Below are positions 36,118 to 40,696 of a DNA stretch of 40,696 bases, in pieces. A program made the position numbers and the translations under genes. Every line of letters begins with the position of its first letter. The first letter of the stretch is position 1. Source of the stretch: Holophagae bacterium (GTDB lineage: Bacteria > Acidobacteriota > Thermoanaerobaculia > Thermoanaerobaculales > Sulfomarinibacteraceae); contig JAUXDC010000003.1 of NCBI GenBank assembly GCA_030618605.1, positions 1 through 40,696 of the forward strand, given 5' to 3'. The notes beneath the pieces are model-generated. The model did no database searches. It had not been told where the DNA came from and worked only from the letters and a program-made list of their open reading frames with translations.

Positions 36118-36801
36118 TCAATCTATCGGTGACAGTTCAGACGGATCGCAAAATGCCTCGAGTTCCGCCAAGCCGTCGATGACTTCGTCATGGGGCAGGT
36201 TTCCCTTTTCCAAATCTGCGGCGGGAAGTGTGAGGAGTCGGCGATAGAACGCCTTCCCTTCGTCAATCACGTCATTTCCGGCAAGGTCTCGTTCGATCAA
36301 TTCAAACAGAGCATTCTCGGCGTCACCGAATCGACCCGTTGCGGCCCGGTAGCGAAACAGTCTGAGCACGGTTTCCCCAGGCAGGTCGATGGTTTTGAGT
36401 TCAGCGATCAGTTCCTCGGCTCGGCTTTCGGCCTCCGCCAAAGCCTCGTGCCGAAAGAGCGAAAACGCTTCAAGGTACAAGGTCAGGGCGGTCACCCGAG
36501 CTCTGAAGGCTGTGTCTGCCTTGTCATCAGCGTCGGCAAGCCGGGCTCGGACGAATGAGCACTCGGCGATTGCCAGAATTCGGGCAGGATCTGGATCAGC
36601 ATATGAGTTGAGGATCGTCAGTATTGCCGGGAGGGGCAACGAGTCCAGAACATCGAAGCTCAACCCGGTCAAATCTTTGAGAGCTTCCTCCAACTCGTGA
36701 TGAACGACGGCCGGGTTCTCCGTTTTGACCCGCGCCATCACTCGCCTGAGTGCCTGGGCCAGCTGTTCGATCATTCGCAGGATGTAGTCCTGTTTGAGCA
36801 T
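36118..36801 (-). CDS. DUF6483-like all-helical protein
   Basis: N-terminal QDYILRMIEQL, GRFGDAENALFEL and C-terminal FYRRLL...LEKGNLPHDEV. Confidence 0.72.
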   Translation of the reverse strand: MLKQDYILRMIEQLAQALRRVMARVKTENPAVVHHELEEALKDLTGLSFDVLDSLPLPAILTILNSYADPDPARILAIAECSFVRARLADADDKADTAFRARVTALTLYLEAFSLFRHEALAEAESRAEELIAELKTIDLPGETVLRLFRYRAATGRFGDAENALFELIERDLAGNDVIDEGKAFYRRLLTLPAADLEKGNLPHDEVIDGLAELEAFCDPSELSPID

Positions 36802-36944
36802 CAGGCCGATGGTATCGCACCCGGCGTTCGGTCATGCCATGAGACAGCAAATATGTGATCAATGTTTGGGAAAAATCATTATCGCCTCTTTCTCCTGAAC
36901 CTGCCACTGCCTACTGCCGTGAGACCACGAAAAAACTCAGCATC

Positions 36945-36971
36945 AAAAAAAGCCCCAGAAACTCCGGGGCT
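36945..36971 (-). terminator. Intrinsic terminator after tRNA-Glu
   Basis: Minus strand reads AGCCCCGGAGTTTCTGGGGC followed by T7. Confidence 0.75.
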
Positions 36972-36997
36972 CAATCGCCTTAAGGGCGAAATTTTGA

Positions 36998-37074
36998 TGG
37001 TGACCCCAACGGGATTCGAACCCGTGTTGCCGGCGTGAAAGGCCGGTGTCCTGACCGGACTAGACGATAGGGTC
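36998..37074 (-). tRNA. tRNA-Glu (anticodon TTC)
   Basis: Reverse complement GACCCTATCGTCTAGTCCGGTCAGGACACCGGCCTTTCACGCCGGCAACACGGGTTCGAATCCCGTTGGGGTCACCA folds as a cloverleaf with encoded CCA. Confidence 0.97.
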
Positions 37075-37165
37075 GTATTGTTTCCTTCCATCGGCGGCAT
37101 CAGCCGACGGTTGGGAATTCTACCCTAAAATCTCGTTCAAGGGTAGTTCGTTCCAAAAAAGTGAG

Positions 37166-37241
37166 TGGTGAGCCGTGCTGGATTTGAACCAGCGACCTGC
37201 GGATTAAAAGTCCGATGCTCTACCAACTGAGCTAACGGCCC
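37166..37241 (-). tRNA. tRNA-Lys (anticodon TTT)
   Basis: Reverse complement GGGCCGTTAGCTCAGTTGGTAGAGCATCGGACTTTTAATCCGCAGGTCGCTGGTTCAAATCCAGCACGGCTCACCA. A TTGACC-17-TATTTT promoter lies upstream. Confidence 0.97.
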
Positions 37242-37279
37242 ACACCGGTCGGCAAAAATACCGAAAAAGGAGCTCAGGG

Positions 37280-38614
37280 TCAAGCCTCTGACAGAATCTC
37301 CGAGATCCTGCGGGCCATCGGAGACCTGCCCCGCGCCATGGTCTCCTCGCGCCGCGGCCCGGTTGACACCAAAGCGATCGGCACACCCAGGCGATCCTCG
37401 AGGAATTTGAGATAGGCCCGTGCGCCTTCGGGGAGGGCTTCCTCGGAGACCAAACCCTCCGTTGCACCTTCCCAACCGGGAATATCGACATAGCGCGGCG
37501 TTATCTCAGCCAACAGTTCGGCGTCGGCCGGTATGGTCTCTACCAGCTCTCCACCAGGCCCTTCGTAGGCCACACAGACCTTGAGTGTCTTCAGCCCATC
37601 GAGCACGTCGATCTTGGTCAAGGCAAGGGCATCGATTCCCGCCGTCTCCACCGCATGACGAGCTGCGACCACATCGAACCATCCGCACCGCCTTGGGCGT
37701 CCTGTCGTCGTACCGTACTCGGCGCCACGGTCCCGGAGACCGTCACCGTCCGGCCCGAAGTCCTCGGTCGGAAAGGGACCACTCCCCACCCTTGTAGCAT
37801 AGGCCTTCATGACACCGAGAACCGGCCCAAGGTACCCGGGGCCGACGCCACAGCTTGCGGCAGCAAAGCCCGGCAGGCAGGACGACGAAGTGACAAATGG
37901 GTACGTCCCCCAATTAATGTCCAGCAAAACGCCCTGTGCTCCTTCAAATAAAACCGAATCACCACCGTCAACGTGGCGTCGGATCTCAGGGCCGACCTCT
38001 CGAATAAGTGGCGCGAGACGTTGTGCTGCGGCCATGACTTCATCAACCGCAGCGTCAAGTTCGACGGGCTCGACACCATAAAGAGTAACCAACTCTTCGT
38101 TGTGCTGCTCCATCAAGCGCCGAGCCGATTCTTTGAGCTTTGCGGGTGACGCCAGAGTCCAGGCCCGAAGACAGCGCCGCTGAGCGATGTCCTGATAGGC
38201 GGGCCCAATGCCGCGTCCGGTTGTGCCGATCTTGCTTTCGCCCCGACGCCCCTCACGAGCCAAATCCAGGGCTCTATGAGTCGGCAGGAGGATTGCAGCT
38301 CGCGGTGAAAGGCTGAGTCGCTCCTCCACCTCGATACCCTCGTCCCTCAGCCGATCGATCTCGGTCAGTAATGCGGTCGGATCAACGACCAATCCAGCGC
38401 CCATGTAACAACGAGTTTCTGGATGAATGATCCCCGAAGGCACCAGGTGCAGCGCAAACTTTCGCTCCCCAACTCGGACGGTATGGCCGGCATTGTGGCC
38501 GCCGTTGTATCGAACGACAGCCGGGAAAGCCCTGGACAGAAGGTCCACGACCTTGCCCTTGCCCTCATCACCCCACTGACCGCCAATGACCATCATCGAT
38601 CTCTGATCACCCAC
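37280..38614 (-). CDS. purA: Adenylosuccinate synthetase
   Basis: QWGDEGKGK, GGHNAGHT, IGTTGRGIGPAY, FEGAQG, GTYPFVTSS and EYGTTTGRPRRCGWFD. Confidence 0.97.
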   Translation of the reverse strand: MGDQRSMMVIGGQWGDEGKGKVVDLLSRAFPAVVRYNGGHNAGHTVRVGERKFALHLVPSGIIHPETRCYMGAGLVVDPTALLTEIDRLRDEGIEVEERLSLSPRAAILLPTHRALDLAREGRRGESKIGTTGRGIGPAYQDIAQRRCLRAWTLASPAKLKESARRLMEQHNEELVTLYGVEPVELDAAVDEVMAAAQRLAPLIREVGPEIRRHVDGGDSVLFEGAQGVLLDINWGTYPFVTSSSCLPGFAAASCGVGPGYLGPVLGVMKAYATRVGSGPFPTEDFGPDGDGLRDRGAEYGTTTGRPRRCGWFDVVAARHAVETAGIDALALTKIDVLDGLKTLKVCVAYEGPGGELVETIPADAELLAEITPRYVDIPGWEGATEGLVSEEALPEGARAYLKFLEDRLGVPIALVSTGPRREETMARGRSPMARRISEILSEA

Positions 38615-38740
38615 ACCTACCTCCGGCTCCTGGAGCTCGTCTCCAGCATTGGATCATACAAGAAAACCGCCAACTATGATCATCGTTCACAGCACAACTC
38701 ACCTCTCGAAAGCTTCAACGGAATGGGGGAACACGAATTC

Positions 38741-38932
38741 AACGCAGAGGCGCAGAGACGCAGAGAAGAACTAGCCACAAAAAGACACCAAAAACTCAGA
38801 AGGACAAAAGGTTGAAGACGTCAACATAATTGAAAGGGCAGCCTCATGCGGCTGCCCTTCTCACGGATCATTTACCCAGTCTGAGGCCAGATCTCTGGAT
38901 CCTGCGACTCTAATCCCTCTGCGTCTCTGCGT
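38741..38932. repeat. Inverted pair of CGCAGAG tandem repeats enclosing a hairpin
   Basis: AACGCAGAGGCGCAGAGACGCAGAG (38741-38765) and CTCTGCGTCTCTGCGT (38917-38932). Confidence 0.65.
38834..38859. terminator. Hairpin, probable terminator downstream of the ECF sigma gene
   Basis: AAGGGCAGCC-N6-GGCTGCCCTT is a perfect 10-bp stem. The U-tract is short. Confidence 0.55.
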
Positions 38933-38948
38933 CTTTTCCCTTCGAATC

Positions 38949-39599
38949 TTATGAAACCAGAGCAACTTCCGTGCCGGTCCCAAAATATTCGCTGACGTCG
39001 ATCTCGCCGTCACGGAGCTTTTCAGGCGCCTGGCTGAGATAGTTGTAGCGTTTGCCAAAGCTCAAAAGGGCTCTCTCCATCATCCGACGTCCTCGATAGA
39101 GACGAGACATGACAGTTCCGACGGGCACCTCGAGAATCTCTGCGATTTCCTTGTAGGCGAATCCCTCGAGATCTGCCAACAAAACGACCATCTTGTAGTC
39201 GTAGGGAAGCGAAACCAGGGTATCCCGGACTTCGTGGTCGACTTCGTCGAAGAGGAAACCCTCCTCGGGGTTGGCATTAAGCACTGTGCCTCTTTCCATC
39301 AGCGTCTCTTCAAGACCCTCACGCACATCGTCAAAATCCACCTTGGTCGGCTGGAGCTTGCGCTTCCGATAGGTGTTGATGAAGGTGTTTTTCATGATTT
39401 TGAACAACCAGGCCTTGAGGTTCGTGCCCTCGGCAAAACGCCCATAGTACTTATAGGCCTTGAGAAAGGTCTCCTGAATCAGGTCCTCTGCGTCTTCAGC
39501 CGAACGAGTCATGCGCAAGGCGCTCTTGTAGAGCTGGTCCCTGAAGGGCAGTTCTCCAGTGCTGAAATCCCACTGCGTCGGTTCGGTCGTGGTTGCCAT
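38949..39599 (-). CDS. ECF sigma-70 factor (SigH/SigR-like)
   Basis: Region 2 [13 protein letters not shown]...[18 protein letters not shown] and region 4 [23 protein letters not shown]. Confidence 0.92.
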   Translation of the reverse strand: MATTTEPTQWDFSTGELPFRDQLYKSALRMTRSAEDAEDLIQETFLKAYKYYGRFAEGTNLKAWLFKIMKNTFINTYRKRKLQPTKVDFDDVREGLEETLMERGTVLNANPEEGFLFDEVDHEVRDTLVSLPYDYKMVVLLADLEGFAYKEIAEILEVPVGTVMSRLYRGRRMMERALLSFGKRYNYLSQAPEKLRDGEIDVSEYFGTGTEVALVS

Positions 39600-39620
39600 A
39601 TCTCTCTCCAATGCCCGGCA

Positions 39621-39649
39621 ATGCTACAAAATTGAAACGCTACTGTCAA
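39621..39649 (-). promoter_or_regulatory. Sigma70 promoter of the ECF sigma gene
   Basis: Minus strand reads TTGACA-17 nt-TAGCAT. Confidence 0.7.
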
Positions 39650-39711
39650 GGAAATTTCTCAAAGAGATTTTTTGGGGCGCGTGATTCAATAATGAAACAC
39701 TGAATAATAAA

Positions 39712-39873
39712 ACCTAACCTGAGCGATTCTGGCGGATGAGATGCGTCAAGTCCTTGAGGCTCTGGTGCTTGAAAAAAACGTAGGCATACCTGTTTGTCTG
39801 TCGAGGCTTTTTGAAAGTGCCCAGGGCCCAAGGACTTGATGCAGGTCGCCGATGAGAATCGCTCAGTTTAGGT
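39712..39873 (+). ncRNA. Candidate rod-shaped structured RNA (6S-like shape, identity unproven)
   Basis: Nested inverted repeats span 162 nt, and several of the mismatches are G-U wobbles on the + strand. Confidence 0.45.
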
Positions 39874-39875
39874 AG

Positions 39876-39903
39876 AAATAAAAACCCCGGGCGAACCCGG
39901 GGT
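39876..39903 (-). terminator. Intrinsic terminator of secF
   Basis: Minus strand reads ACCCCGGG-TTCG-CCCGGGGT-TTTTATTT. Confidence 0.85.
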
Positions 39904-39924
39904 AAGAACTCAAAAAGTTGGGTG

Positions 39925-40696
39925 TCAGCGCTGACGTTTCCGACGACGCCGAGCCACCAGAGCATTGTTCATGGCCAACGCGACCGGTGAGGCAACAAAG
40001 ATCGAAGAGTATGTGCCGACGATGATGCCGATCAACAGGACGAAGGCGAATGTATTAATGACATCGCCACCGAAGAGATAGAGGGTCAGAACGACCATCA
40101 GGGTCGTTCCCGAGGTAATGAACGTCCTGGAGAGAGTCTGGTTGATGGAATCGTCCATCAGTTTTTCCAGATCTTCTCCCCGGCGGAGTTTGAGATTCTC
40201 CCGAACCCGGTCGAAGACTACGACGGTATCGTTGACCGAGTACCCGACCAGGGTCAAGAGGGCCGCAATTGTCGGCAGGTTGATCTCACGATGGAACAGC
40301 GCCAATGCCGACAAAGTGATCAAGACATCGTGGAAGAGAGCCGCGACCGCTCCAATTCCGTAAGGCAACTGAAAACGCAGCCAGATATAGCCCAACATTC
40401 CAAGCAACGAGAACACCATCGCCAACTGCGCTTTGTTCTTGAGGTCGGCGCCGACAGTCGGCCCAACGTTTTCCGCCCCGAGCAGGGCAAACTCACCGGC
40501 GCCGGCAATGGTCTTGATGTGGGCCAGGACCTCAGAACTGAGGCCCTCGACCTGGTCGAGGGCGTCCACCGATGCAAACATCCCCTGACGCTTTCGGTAT
40601 TCGAGGACGGCCTGCGCCTGGGCGCGATAATGCTCTTTTCGGCTCTCGAGATCTCCCAAGACACCCTCGGGATCAGCATCCACGAGACGGTTGGCC
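39925..40696 (-). CDS. secF: Protein translocase subunit SecF (3' part, runs off the window edge)
   Basis: VGPTVGADL, YIWLRF, ALFHDVLIT, LTLVGYSVNDTVVVFDRVREN, SINQTLSRT and GTYSSIFVASP. Confidence 0.95.
   Translation of the reverse strand, partial: ANRLVDADPEGVLGDLESRKEHYRAQAQAVLEYRKRQGMFASVDALDQVEGLSSEVLAHIKTIAGAGEFALLGAENVGPTVGADLKNKAQLAMVFSLLGMLGYIWLRFQLPYGIGAVAALFHDVLITLSALALFHREINLPTIAALLTLVGYSVNDTVVVFDRVRENLKLRRGEDLEKLMDDSINQTLSRTFITSGTTLMVVLTLYLFGGDVINTFAFVLLIGIIVGTYSSIFVASPVALAMNNALVARRRRKRQR

Noticed and set aside
12662-38932. CAGAG tandem repeats considered as a CRISPR array
   Set aside because: The units are 8-9 nt, have no unique spacers and are dispersed, and there are no cas genes in the window.

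Overview
This is a GC-rich bacterial chromosomal window. My weak taxonomic inference is Acidobacteriota, possibly Thermoanaerobaculia-like, from the 'IFxxGFETGD' C-terminal tail and the SecF insertion. The left end holds a TetR-controlled RND efflux operon (truncated at the edge), a coupled bactofilin and SAM-methyltransferase pair, a CBM9/DUF5916 outer-membrane protein, a HEAT-repeat protein and a multiply deleted Fe-S protein pseudogene. Next comes a lipid-polyketide cluster (YceI, type III PKS, ICMT-type methyltransferase, ACP, fatty acyl-AMP ligase, FAD oxidoreductase, MMPL exporter, TPR protein, small beta-barrel) that converges on a secreted 9-heme cytochrome c. This is followed by a superoxide-reductase-like protein, a four-gene PLP enzyme/ygeY/ygeW-like/threonine-synthase-like operon, ppc, an alkaline-phosphatase-family lipoprotein, rlpA and purB. 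A small accessory patch (AAA-DUF4143, an AbiEii/MenT-like nucleotidyltransferase with an HTH partner, DUF6483) precedes tRNA-Glu, tRNA-Lys, purA, an ECF sigma factor, a ~160-nt rod-like candidate ncRNA and secF with a ComEA-like helix-hairpin-helix insertion (truncated at the edge). At least two families of small palindromic repeats or MITEs are scattered through the intergenic DNA. All family assignments come from motif recognition by eye, and no database searches were run.
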